The notes beneath the pieces were generated by a model. That model made no database searches, was not told the DNA's origin, and saw nothing but the letters and a program-made list of their open reading frames with translations. A DNA stretch of 64,000 nt from contig CAVNZM010000016.1 of NCBI GenBank assembly GCA_963693365.1, forward strand, positions 5,873,029 to 5,937,028. Reading direction: 5' to 3'. This document shows positions 12,801 to 38,454 of this stretch, piece by piece. The stretch's first letter is position 1. Each line of letters opens with the position of its first letter. Both the position numbers and the translations under genes were made by a program. This DNA is from Amoebidium appalachense (lineage: Eukaryota; Protista; Ichthyosporea).

Positions 12801-13434
12801 AGAGAACTGCGCATTGCGACTGACTCGGGCCGCATCTGCAGGCCTCTGTATATCCTTGAAAGCGACGGAAGGTGGGTGGGTGTGTTGGGTGGGTGGGGGT
12901 GTGTGTGTGTGTGTGCGTGCGTGTGTGTATGTGATGGGTATGGGGGTGTTGATGGTATGTGTGCATGGGTTGTTGGGATCCTGGTGATACGTTTGGCATG
13001 TTGTGGTGTTTGATTGTGTGTCCCCTGTGTGCCCCACTTGGATACTACCCCCCCCCCCCCCCCAAAAAAAAAAATCTTCGTCACTCTCCACTTTTCGTGC
13101 TTCCGATCTCTCTGTTTTGCTCCTGTTCTTTTGCATCCCCCCTCCCCCCCCCCCCCCTATCCTCCGGTCCCCTCACACGGCTCCACCCCAACCTCCGTTC
13201 TAGAAATCCCCACTGCTTCGTGCTGCTAACCTGACTTATTTGTTCCTGCCCGACGATCTGGTGTCCTTGACCAGTTCTAACCTATAAATCTTGGGCCATA
13301 GCCTGCGCATTACGCGTGAGTACATCAAGCGGCTGCAGATGGGTGAGACGGACCTGGACATGAACCCAGAGGAGAGCGCTGATGTGGCACCCATTGGCTG
13401 GGACGACCTCTTGGCTGGTACTGTTCTCCCCCTT

Positions 13435-13473
<39 letters not shown>

Positions 13474-14141
13474 TTCCCCCTCCCTCCCCCCTCCCCCTCT
13501 CGCTGCCTCGCTGTCTCCCCCTTCCTCCCTCCCTCCCCCTATCCGGATATGGTGGATGACTTTGACCACTTTTGAGAATAATTCGTGCTTGTGGTGCAGA
13601 CCACGGTATGTTCAATATAGCATGTTGTGCCTCCTCCCCCCCTCCCCATCTCCCCCATAATGATGTTGCCCTTAATGACGTCGGGTCTTTTCTGTCAGGT
13701 TTACGTTTTTGTAGACTGGTTGCAGTAGTTGGTTGGTGTGTTTCGTGGCCACCGGACGTTTTCTACTTTGGTTTACAGTATTGTCACTGTTTGTGTTTTT
13801 TGTTACGTCTTCACTGACTGCATACGTTTTTAGGGGGTGTTGTTGAGTACATCGACTGCAGCGAGGAGGAGACGTGCATGATCCTGATGCAGACGGACCA
13901 GCTGTACGACCACAGCATGGACAGCTACTGCCAGACCTTCACCCACTGCGAAATCCACACCGCTATGATTCTCGGCGTGTGCGCCTCCATCGTGCCCTTC
14001 CCCGATCACAACCAGGTATGCTGATCTCCGATCCCCGTTGTTTCTTGTGCCCTCTCTCTCACTTTCTTACTCTCGCTCTTTCTCTCTCTTCTCGCTATCT
14101 CTCCCTTCCCCCTCTGTCTCATTTACACATACATACACTCC

Positions 14142-14187
<46 letters not shown>

Positions 14188-14251
14188 ACCTTCTTTGTCT
14201 GTTTCCCCCCCCCCCCCCCCCCCCCCCCCTTTTCTCTCTCTATCTCTCCCC

Positions 14252-14315
<64 letters not shown>

Positions 14316-15250
14316 CTCTTTCTTTCTCTCACTCACTCTCTCTCGCTCCCCCCCCCTCCCCCCCCCCCTCCGCCCCCCGAATCAGCCTCAGGCATGCACT
14401 AACCCCTTTCTCCCCCCCGTGCAGTCGCCGCGTAACACGTACCAGAGTGCCATGGGCAAGCAGGCTATGGGTGTGTACATCACCAACTTCCAGATGCGCA
14501 TGGACACCCTTGCCCACGTGCTCTACTACCCCCAGAAGCCCATGTGCCACACAATGTCCATGAACTACCTGCACTTCAGGTACTTGAATCGAACATTGTG
14601 TGCGCTATGCTATGCAGAGTGTGCATTGTGTTGTCCGTCGTGAGTGTCTACTTTGTACTCTGACGCAGTCTAACCCACCCCCTGATGTCTTCACTTTCAT
14701 AGAATCCAACCTAATGAATACATCCCTCTCTCCCTCCCTCCCTCCCTCCCACCCACCCACCCCAGCCCAACTCCCTCTCTCTCCCCTCGTCCTCCTTCCT
14801 TCGTCGCAAGCTTCAGTCTGTCCCTATCTTTTCCAATCTCCCTCTTCTCTCTGGTTGTGTGTGGTTAAGTTGTGTATAAAATTTCACAGCATAGATTGGT
14901 TTTCCATCCGTTCTCCCCTGGCTGTGTGTGGTTGTATTTATAGTCTGGAAGGCAAAACATGGGTAGGTTTACAAGGGTTGGTTCCAGCATTCTGGTGCTG
15001 GGCTAACCATATTGTCGGGTTATGAGCATCAATGCTGGTGGTTAGTATGGTATATGTGAGTTTAGTTCTGACATAACCACGGCTACAGAGAACTGCCAGC
15101 CGGCATCAACGCCTGTGTGGCTATTCTGTCATATACCGGTGAGTCACTCCTTTCCTCTATGCATAAATGCTATGAATTCTACTAGGTTTACTTGGTTTGT
15201 GACCCCCCCCCCCTCCCTCCCCTCTCCCCCAACCCACCATCACCACACGT

Positions 15251-15330
<80 letters not shown>

Positions 15331-17712
15331 CTTTCCGCTTGAGCCTCTTCACCGATTCACTCAAGCAAACCCCACAACTTGGAAACAAACAAACAAAACA
15401 TGTTGTTCAGGCAGAGAGAGAGGTCACTGTTCAGCATTCAACGTTTTTCTAACGTGGTTCTCTTGCAGGGTACAACCAGGAAGACTCGCTGATTATGAAC
15501 AAGTCATCCATTGAGCGCGGTCTCTTCCGCTCCATCTACTACCGCTCAAAGAAGTGCGAGGAAGGGGAGCCCAGGAGTATGTATCCCTGTGCAGATGTAG
15601 CGTACTGGGTGGTGCAGGTGTATTTCTAATGTATTTTCGGCGTGCGAGGGAATTGAGGTCGGTGTATTCTTGGTATGCAAGGGAATTCATTTTTTTAGTG
15701 AAGACTGCTTTTCCTTGGCTCTGTTGTTTCTCAGCGTCCGGTCATGCTTGCCGTACCCAATAGTGGGCTTCTCTGCTACTCTCCAGTATTTAACTTTCCG
15801 GTCAGCTTGTTGGTGTGTATGGCGGTGTACAATCGTGCTTTTCTCAACTGAACTTATGTGTTCATTGACAAATACTGCCACCCCGTCCGCCTCCTGAAGT
15901 TCCCACCCTCAAATTTCCACAAGTCCGATCTCTCATCCACTCACCGATTACACCATTATCACCCCTTGCAGTGGGCCAGCCACCCAAGTCATTCGAGAAG
16001 CCCCATCGTGGCACTGTTCAGGGCATGCGCAACCAAATGTACGAAAAGTTGGATGACGATGGTATCATTGCACCCGGCACACGCGTGAGCGGTGGTGACG
16101 TCATCGTGGGAATGACGGAGCCAATCATCGACGATGGAGACAGCTTGCAGGTCGTGAACAGGAGGTTTACTAAGAGGGATGCGTCGGAGTGTCTGAAGAA
16201 GAGTGAGGAGGGTATTATTGACAGCGTCATGCTTACGGGTAAGGAACTGTCGATTGAACGTTTATTAAAACAGTGTTGCTACTCTATGGTTGTCCATGTT
16301 TTCTGTGGTGTGCAAAAGTCTTGACACTGTGGTTATGCATGTTTTTTTCCCGTCGTGTGGGTCTTTGTGAGGTTGACGTCTGAGTGTCTCAAGAAGAGCG
16401 AGGTGAGTGATTATGGACAGTGTAATGCTTTACGGGTAAGGAAACGACCGCGTTGTTGTTCTACCTTTTTTGCTTTTTCTCTTGGTGTCTCACTCTGAGG
16501 GTGATGTAATGTGGACTGTAGTGCCTGACCGATATGCATGTAAGGAAAGTAAGCATAGCTGATAATGCAAAGTGTGCCCCTACGCGTGGGTTAGTGGTGC
16601 TAAAGCACTGGAGTGGTTACAGAGGCCATTGCTGTGTGTTTCTTTTTCAAGGCTCCCACCGCAACACATAAAGCACCGGCTTTTAATCGTAGCCGCTTCC
16701 CTCCCCTCCCCCTCCCCTCCCTCCCCTCCCGCCTCCTCCCCCCCCCCCCCCCCCCCCGGTAAAAAAAAGTTGGGGGGGGGGGGGATGCCGAGAGAGAGAT
16801 CATAGCAGCGGGCTGTTTGCGTGTGGAGCCCCTGGTCCCATGCAACTTACAAGGGTATTGATGACAACTACATGACCCGTTTTTTTTGGGGGGGGGGGTT
16901 TTTTTGTTTTTTTTTCCGGGAGCCGGGATGGGGGAAAGCGGAAGAAAAGAGGGAGAAGGGGCGGGGGGGAGGGGGGGGGGCTGTTGTTTGATGTGTTCAT
17001 ACCATGCCTTGTCTAACCACTTCTACTTTGGGTGTAGTCGACGAGAAGGGCTACAAGTTCTGCAAGGTGCGTGTGCGCAAGGTGCGCATCCCCCAGATCG
17101 GAGACAAGTTTGCCAGTCGTCACGGTCAGAAAGGTACATGCGGTATCCAGTACCGCACGGAGGACATGCCCTTCAGCTGCGAAGGTGTGTGTGTGTGTGC
17201 GTGCGTGCGTGTGTGTGTGTGCGTGTGCGTGTGCGTGTGCGTGTGCGTGTGCGTGTGCGTGTGTGTGCGTGTGCGTGTGTGTGCGTGTGCGTGTGTGTGT
17301 GTGTGTGTGTTTGTTCTTGTTGTTTTTTTTGGGGGGGTGGGGGGGGGAGGGGGGGGGGGGGAGAGGGGGAGGGGGGGGGGGATCGTGCACGGCTTCTTCG
17401 GTGATGGGCAGAAGGTGCGGGAGGTTGGTGCTTACAGAGTGGGTGTGGCTTTTGTGTGGGTATGTGTTTGGGGGAGCGCGGGGGGGGGGGGGGGGGGGGG
17501 AGGGGGGGGGGAGGGGGGAGGAAGGGAGGGGGGCTGCAATTCGGAAGCGCTACACATAATTGTCTGCAGATACAGTGGACCTTGCGCATGTATGTTATAA
17601 GTTGTTGTAGGGATATCATTGTGTCTGTGTTCGTGGCGCGGGGGTAGTGGAAGGCCCCCGGGGGTCGGTGTGTGCGTGTGTGTGTATGTGTTTTGTTTTT
17701 TTTGTTTTTTTG

Positions 17713-17760
<48 letters not shown>

Positions 17761-20259
17761 TGGGACTGGCAAGAAAGAACAGGTGAGTTTACTGACGAGA
17801 AACGTGCTACAGGGGTTACGCCGGACATTATCGTGAACCCGCACGCCATTCCCTCGCGTATGACCATCGGGCACATGACGGAGGCTCTGCTGAGTAAGGT
17901 CGGCGCAAAGAAGGGAGAGGAAGGTGTGTATCTTCATGCCTTGACACGTATACACACACACTACATATGCATGTGTGAAGGTGTCAAGAACACACCTGTC
18001 GATGTTTGCCTGTGCATGTGTGTCCCTCACCTCTCATATGCAGCGGCTTCTTGGCTTGGTACAGACACCAGACACATGCATGCGTGAACACACCACCTAT
18101 TCATGTTAGTGCATGTGTGTCCCCCCCCCTGTCGTGTATTGCGGCGTCTGGCCCTTTCGATCAATGTTGATGACGAGCTGGATGTGTGCTCTTGTTTTGA
18201 ATTGTGTATGAGATCGGCAGGTTGTTGGTGTTCGTTGTGTGTATGTATGTGCATTATGAAGTTGTGTGGTTGCATGCCGGCTTTTTCTTCTTGCCTGCTT
18301 GCTCGTAGGGTTGGTATAATGTTTGTGTGTGTATGTGTGTGTCTCTGTGTTTGTGTGTGCGCGCGCGTGTGCGAAACTGCGTGCATGTATGCTTACGTGT
18401 GTTTGTGTTTATGTTGGTGTGCTGCATGTGTCTGTAAATAAGAGGTTGTTTCTGACACTGCCACCATGTTTTTAGGTGATGCCACGCCGTTCAACAAGGG
18501 TGTGACTGTGGAGCGTATCTCTCAGATGTTGAAGGAGTACGGCTACCACCTGCGCGGCAACGAGGTATGTTGTAACTTGCATTTAATTGGTGTGGCTTTC
18601 AACGGGGGGAGGGGGTGAGGGCAGGGGTTGTGGTGGGGGATGGGTGATGGGGGGGTTTTTAGAAGGGTCAGCCAAAGCGGTTGGAAATTTGAACAACAAA
18701 AGCTGAAAGAAACGGTGTAGGCAAAGATATGAAACACAGAGAAGGGAACGAGTTGGGAGGCGGCGGGGAGCACGGCGGGCCGGGGGAGAGGGATGCGCAA
18801 GTTTTTGCTGGTGAGAATCGTACTACACAACTATTCGAGTTGCCATCGGGGAGTGAAAACCCTGCTCCAGCTATAGCCTATCGATCTGTTCTCAGCAACA
18901 CCTGGCCATATACACATGCACGCTCACACAAACACACACACACACAGACATGATACAGACATGTAAACACCATCAAGGCGCAAGCCATGACTCCCTTATT
19001 TTTGTGTAGTGAATATGGGTGTCAATGATGCTGCTTCGCTCTGCGTCGTGATCATCTTGTGTGATCTAATGCTCATATTGTTTTCTGCAGGTGATGTACA
19101 ACGGGCACACTGGGCGCAAGATCAACACCCAGGTGTTCCTGACCCTGACGTACTACCAGGTATGACAAGTAAGATGCGCGTTGGAATATGCATATATTTA
19201 ACGGGGATACATGTGGGTACGATGCAAACATAACACAAGTAGTCTGGCGTGTATGTGTTTGCATTGCACCTTGATGTATGCCCGCTCGGTTTACGCCTTT
19301 TCTTGCAGGTATGAACCGTGAGACACGGAGGATTTCTTACGGATCGAAATAGTAAAGATGAAGCACTCTGGCACAAATTCTTGAGTGGTTCCAAATAGTA
19401 AAGATGAAGCACTCTGGCACAAATTCTTGAGTAGTTCCTTGCTGCACGGTAGCTGTGTGGGGAGGGTTATGGCTTTACATGTTACCAGGTACTTTCAGAC
19501 TGTGTCTATTTGTTACTTGCATGCCCCCTGTGCCACCATAACCCATTTGATGCATGTGTGGTTTACTAACGGTGTTTCCTTTTCTTCCGTCTCTCAGCGC
19601 CTGAAGCACATGGTGGACGACAAGATCCACTCGAGAGCACGCGGCCCCACACAGGTACAGTTACTCCTCCGTGTTTGTTTTTGACTGGTGTTCTGTGGTG
19701 GTGGTGGTGGTTGTGTGCACGCCTACATGGAAAGACAGTGAAGAGACTAAAGCTTGGAGTGAGAAGCATCCACTTCATGTACCTGGGTGTGAAGTTTGTG
19801 TATCCCCTAATTAAGTTTCAGAGGGATACACACCGTGCACGTACAACACATAACTCAAACGTACACATCTCTCCCTAGCTGCTCATTTTTATTTTTTCCC
19901 CGCTCGATCCAGTTACTATATAAAGCTAATCTGCTCGTTTCTTCACCAATCGAGACCATTGCACCCCTTTAACTCGAGCTGGTGCCTGTGGTATGTGGAG
20001 TGTCGTGCTGTGTTAGTTTACTTTGCGCTGTGTTTTGGTGCTAACTGGGCCTCATTGGGGCACAGAACTTGACCCGTCAGCCGGCCGAGGGTCGTGCGCG
20101 TGAGGGTGGTCTGCGCTTCGGTGAGATGGAGCGCGATTGCATGATCTCCCACGGTGAGTCTGGGTTTGTTTTTTGTTTTTAATTTTTTGTTTTTTTATTT
20201 TTTTGTGGGCCGGTGGGTGGGTGGGTGGGTGGTGGTGGTGGTGGTGGTGTGGTGGTTGT

Positions 20260-20302
<43 letters not shown>

Positions 20303-20535
20303 GACTAGTGCAACCTGTGTGGCTCGCTGTTTTCCTGTTCTGCCTGGCCACACTGTCTCCATCTCCTCCCCCCCCCCCCCCCCCCCCCCCTCCTTTTTCT
20401 TCGGCATACATTTCAAGGTTTTTGGCTTTGCCTTGACTAACCCCCTCCCTACCTTGCCCTCCCACCCACCCAGACCCCCATGCCCCCACACCCACCCACA
20501 CACCACTACCACCACCACTCACACTGCGCGCACGT

Positions 20536-20599
<64 letters not shown>

Positions 20600-21366
20600 G
20601 GCCAACTTCCTCAAGGAGCGCATGTTCCTGTGCAGTGACCAGTACCGTGTGCACGTGTGCAACCTGTGTGGTCTCATTGCCATTGCAAACCTCACGGCAA
20701 AGACATTCGAGTGCCGCAGCTGCAAGAACAAGACGGAGGTACGCTTTCCTGGCTATTTGATGTTATTAGTTTTATGGGGTTCGTATGGGTCATTCGGTTG
20801 CATACCTGGCTATTTATAGTCACTGTTACAGTTTTAGCCCCTTTGTCAAGGGTGTATGGTGTGTGGTGGTGCTGGATTAGGGTTGAGTGGGTGTGATCTG
20901 GAAGGAGGGGTTGAGGTGTTTGGAAAGATGGGGGATAGGTTATCTAGTAGATATGTTGTTTATCGTGTGCTCGTGTGCTGTGTCAAGCTGACTGGGTAGG
21001 TGACACACACGAGTTAGAGATATGGGAGTAGGGGCTGGATATGAAAAGGCAGCAAGTGATGTAGGGAGTAAGGAAGGGTGGGGAATTTGCCAAGTAATTA
21101 ACGGTATTTACACACACACACCCAAGCAATTTTGCTTGTAAGTTGTGACTCTTCTACCGTTTGCCCTGCATTTTGCCATGTTCACTGACATTTTTCCCCC
21201 ACCACAGGTGTCTCTGATCGAGATTCCTTACGCCTGCAAGCTTCTGTTCCAGGAGCTTATGTCCATGCAGATTGCCCCCAGAATGATGGTCCAGATGCCC
21301 GGTATGACTACACGTGGGCCACCCGGTGCCGGCATGCCTAAGAGCCAAAAGCCAAAACGCCATTGA
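1933..21366 (+). CDS. RPB2: DNA-directed RNA polymerase II second-largest subunit, 31 exons, about 1216 aa
   Basis: Exons, all GT-AG with consistent phases: 1933-1963, 2452-2553, 3059-3181, 3642-3705, 4087-4197, 4762-4925, 5870-5978, 6550-6656, 7355-7437, 7927-8012, 8450-8628, 9469-9587, 10164-10252, 10632-10757, 11588-11751, 12177-12278, 12720-12871, 13302-13417, 13834-14015, 14425-14579, 15089-15138, 15469-15576, 15972-16238, 17038-17184, 17813-17923, 18476-18564, 19091-19159, 19598-19654, 20066-20153, 20596-20738, 21208-21366. Motifs: [97 protein letters not shown]. One frameshift in the C run at about 3126-3131, probably a sequencing error. Confidence 0.97.
5397..5480 (+). repeat. 84-bp intronic sequence, copy 1 (identical copy at 7509-7592)
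   Basis: tgcatactctttatg...gacgcattcaaa is base-for-base identical at both sites, each followed by poly-C. Confidence 0.9.
6311..6512. mobile_element. MITE of about 202 bp, Tc1/mariner-like, in RPB2 intron 7
   Basis: About 30-bp terminal inverted repeats caatgctttcactgaaaacggcttccaatc / gattggaggccgttttcagtgcaagcattg (2 mismatches), flanked by TA on both sides, with no coding capacity. Confidence 0.8.
7509..7592 (+). repeat. 84-bp intronic sequence, copy 2, between two poly-C runs
   Basis: Identical to 5397-5480. Confidence 0.9.
19347..19438 (+). repeat. 46-bp tandem duplication in RPB2 intron 27
   Basis: aaatagtaaagatgaagcactctggcacaaattcttgagt(g/a)gttcc occurs twice. Confidence 0.9.
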
Positions 21367-22616
21367 TCTGAGACCAACTATTTATACGAGGAATCGCTGT
21401 GGCTCTCTTTCCCTTTAGCTTGCTATTAGGATTATTGTAAGATCGGGTGTGTTTTGCTTTGATTCGCCAAGATGTATCGTTATGAGAGTGGATGTGTTTT
21501 TTGGTGTGTACTCATGGTGCTAGTTGGGGTTGGTTATACTGACTGTGACCCTTGCCTTTGATGCGCAATATGTATGGCGTGTGGTAAGGTTAGGTTGGGT
21601 AGAAAGAATTTTTTGTAGAGATGATGTTTTTTGTTTTGTTGTTGTTTTCAAGTTGCAAGGTTGAGTTGAATCTATTCCTACCGTCTGTTGTGTCTAGCAG
21701 TTGTTGCTGCGTTGCCGCTAACTGTTAGTACCATGTATGTATTCAAGGTATTCCTTCATTCGTTCTACCAAGACATACGTGAACCTTGGTAACACGTTCA
21801 TTTTGTAAATTTGTCGGGCAGAGTTAGGCAGAGTTATAACCTGCCCGTTTTGGTGATCGGCAGGCACGATCAGGGCAAAAGGTTTAGTCTGAGTGTCCTT
21901 CCTTTTTTTTTGACCAGTCTTTTTGGTTGGATATGACATATGACTACCCTAGAACAGTTTATCTCGTGGAGTCGATGTGTATATTGCATTAGATACGTTG
22001 GTGTGTTTGCTACTGGCCTACCTCGCTTAAACAAGAATTTGGAGAATAAAAATACGAAATCGAAAGTTTTCTGGACTTTACATCGGTCGGACCAACCTCT
22101 CGGGCTCGTTTGCGTACATGTGGAGAAACCATGGCCCTCATCCCGTGCCATAGCCATAGCACACATGTCCATTGTACAGTGTCGTGCATGTGCATTATGT
22201 GCCCGTCGCCTGCCTTTGCTTTTCATAGAAGTACGGCATCATACGGTATATGCATGTTAACGTTACAATATCATCGCGCAACTTGAAGGTGTGGTCATTT
22301 ATCATAATATACTTGCAGCCTTCAACAACCCCCTCCTTCCCCCCGCCGAATTCCCCTCTCACCTCCCTGCCCCCCCCCCCCCAACCCTCTCTCCACCCAC
22401 CACCTAACAGACGCACACACACAAACTAGCGCTGTGATCATGACCGTGTATTGGGTAACAATACTAAGGGGCATATTTAATCTGCCACTCACTGACTCAC
22501 TGACTCGCGTAAGACAGTAACAGTAGTATGATGTACATATCATGCATATGGAACATGTTATGGGGCACATGTTGTGTTTCCGATTGGCCGGAGGGAGCGG
22601 CCAATAAAGTGCAATG

Positions 22617-22652
<36 letters not shown>

Positions 22653-22709
22653 ACGTACACACACACACACACACATACACACACGGTCCGTGCACACACA
22701 CACGCAGTA

Positions 22710-22747
<38 letters not shown>

Positions 22748-23069
22748 GATCCCTTTTACTCTGCACACGCGCTAAGCCTTTCGAACTTGGACTGTCACCA
22801 ACCCCACCGGTCATTATTGAATCCGGCCGTTTAATGCATATACATAATCAGATTCGAATTCGTGGCTCAAGGTTTCTTCTGACGACAACACGTGCGATTA
22901 CCTGGCATTAAATTTAAACGGTTGCTGTGTGTGTGTATGTGTGTGCCGATGCATGCCATGCAATATTCGGGTTTACGATTTCGTTTATTTCTTTCTCCAA
23001 ATTCTTACCTGCGGGTGCTGTCCTGCACGCGAATTTCAAATTTCCAATTTTCCCATGTCTAGTTGCATG

Positions 23070-23102
<33 letters not shown>

Positions 23103-23274
23103 TTTTTGGGATGGGGGAGGGCCCCCGGGGGAGGAGGGTGGGGGAAGGGGGGGGGGAGGATGGGGGGGAGCTAGGGGTTACGGTTTGCTGGCGGGCGCAC
23201 GTGTGTTAATATTTTTGTTCGTGTGAGTAGGGGAGGGGGGACTAATAACTAAAGCAGGGGGAGGTGGGGAGGGG

Positions 23275-23316
<42 letters not shown>

Positions 23317-23523
23317 GGGTACCCGTTGGGTAGGGTTGGGGGGAAAGGGCGCCTCAGAGGAAGAGGGATGGGGGGGGGTCGTGATTTGGTGAGCCCCAGG
23401 GGAGAGGAGGGGTGTGTGTGGGGAGAGGAGGGGAGGATGGGGGGGAGGGGGGGGTGCATTCCTATCTTAGTAGTGGCCAGGAGGGGGAAGGGGGGGGGGG
23501 GGGTGGGGGGGTGGTGGTGGTGG

Positions 23524-23563
<40 letters not shown>

Positions 23564-23929
23564 GGGGGGAGGGGGGGGGAGGGTCATGGCATCAGAAGGG
23601 TTTGCTACTTAGCAAGCTTTTCGTAGAAACTTTTATATTTATGATGCCAGGACCTTGTCAACCCCGTATTATAAGAATTAATAATCAGTGTTGTACCTAA
23701 AAACTTGCAGGAATAAATTGACTTAAAAGTAACAAACGTCACGCCAATGAAAAATTCTCTGCTATAGACAGGGTTGAGTTTGCTAGGTAACGGTTGGGTC
23801 AAAGCTTGTGAGTTACCTTAGCCACTATTACTAAATTCTTGGGCCATTGGAATATGGCAAGCTAAGTGTACTTGTGTTTGGAAACGGGACTTTTTCGTGT
23901 ACCCACACATCATGTAACCATATAACAAT

Positions 23930-24004
<75 letters not shown>

Positions 24005-24377
24005 CCGCACACGTGTGTAAAAGGGTGCACGATCGTGTGCGTGGGTGACATGCCTGTGTGTCCGCATGCCTGTGCGTGTGTGCGTGTTTGCGTGTGTCTG
24101 TGTGCCTGCTTAAAGCATAATCGATGTGTGCAGGTTAAGACAGTCATATCGACACTCGACCCCCAAATCATAATATCCAATCAGGATGTGTAGCTGCTTC
24201 CCATAAAGGGGAAACCCCACGGTCTATGTACATATTGATAATATAGATATATCCAATATCTCAAACTAGGTTCGCAATTGCTAATAACATGAAAAAATCT
24301 GTTTGAACCATCACACCATTCTAGTAAAATTTAAAGAAAAACCAATCCCCATCTCACAACATCAAACCAACACATCA

Positions 24378-35895
<11,518 letters not shown>

Positions 35896-36959
35896 TTTGG
35901 CGCCTTATGTGCACACAGTGTGGGTGCTATGGTCTGCATGGATACAAAAAGTGTTCCATTTCTTGGTGCGTGTGGTAGCCGAAGAACACTGCCACCTAAA
36001 CACACAGCAAGAAGGGATGTAGAGGTTGGTTGAATGACGTGTGCACTTTTGACAATGTTAGTTTGTGCGTGAGTATGTGTGTGCATGTGCGTGTGTGCGT
36101 TTGTCTTTTTGTCTCTCTCAATCTGTGTGTGTGTGTGGGTGTGTGTGTTTGTGCGTGTGCGCGTTTGTGCTTGTACATGTGTGCTTGTGTGTGCATATGT
36201 GCATGCGTGCACGATTGTGTGATGACACGCGAGCTGTTCTCGCAAATACACGGCAATTATGAAGCTGTAGTTACGCGTATCTGCCAGTGTAGGTAGGTGT
36301 AGGTATCAAAAAAAAAAGGAATAATAGAAACTAAACACAAAGCAGGTTATGAACACGGGAGTACAGTAAAGAGCAGTAGAGAGCTCGTGTACAGATCTCG
36401 TGTACACAGTGGTCACGGTTGCAAGGCAGTGCCAAACGGCACTTAAAATTGAGGTATTTGCGATAGCTAATCATATACGAGTATGCTGAAAAGTCTACAT
36501 TCCAATGGTAAAGCGAGCCAATCAATGAAGACTAATTGATGACGATCTAAATGCTGTCCCGGGGATTTCAATGAGCTCATGAATCATGATGACTCTACAA
36601 AAACGTAGAGATCGTTCAAGTTTGTTGTTTTGTTTGTGTTTCTTACTCCGTATGGGTGCTCTGCTATATAGTGGGTTTTTGTCTGTGTGTCTGCCGTATG
36701 GGTGCTGCTACGATCCCCAAGAACAATAAAACAGCGTGAGCACACAGCAAACGTGACAGGTAGAGAAGCCTGCGAAGGCCCAATTAAGCAAATCCTACTT
36801 GACAAGGACTTCGCCACAAGCACAACATGCACACGACACGTCCAGTGGCACACATGTGCAGACACCCCCGGGCATGATTTGGTCAGAGTCGCTCGACAAT
36901 ATATTCACACACGTACGTGCACACCATATCGCCAAACAGCACACATGCACGCACACGTG

Positions 36960-37806
<847 letters not shown>

Positions 37807-38454
37807 ACGGTGTTGGCAATGCACAGATGGGTGCTCGCAAACAAAGCGTAATTGTTAACTTAGCTGGCCGAGTATTTGCAACAGACTGACTGCTGTGACT
37901 GGACGACGTGTACGGCACAAACAAAAAACCAGAAAAGGTTTCAAGTTTATTTTATTAAATTTTGCATTTATTTAACTTTGGTCCTTTGAACCATTCTGTA
38001 AAATATCAAGGGCTGCAGATCTATCTATTGACTGTTGGTACATGCTGAGTAAATCATCCTACGATAACTAGTTGTTTTGTCCTTTACACCAGGCTATGCT
38101 CAACCAAAGCTTTTCAGTTTTCAAACACATCAATAGACTGTTATCTAATTACTGTCTAACTAGCTAAATAGAATGAATGTAATGGAAAAAATAAACTCTT
38201 ACCAAGTCCTTTGCACAAGGACAGTTCTCTACCGTACGTACAGCTTACATTTTGAAAAAAACAACAGGCTGTCATCTAATCACGGAATCATCGTACGAGT
38301 AATACGGGCATTCTTGTGCCCTAGCATATATAGCCTCTCCTCGTACCTTTAAATTCAGTGTACTCTAATAACACTCAAGCAAGGGCTAAGAAAAATTACT
38401 GTAGATACAAAAAAGTGTGTTCTTGTTTGGAATAGATTTATAGAGTTGGGCCGT

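Noticed and set aside
19295-19495. Additional donor echoes (gcaggtatga, accaggtact) after RPB2 exon 27
   Set aside because: Similarity is limited to about 10 nt, too short to distinguish from chance.
21718-22260. Short non-repetitive ORFs downstream of RPB2
   Set aside because: No recognisable homology, splice structure or coding signal.
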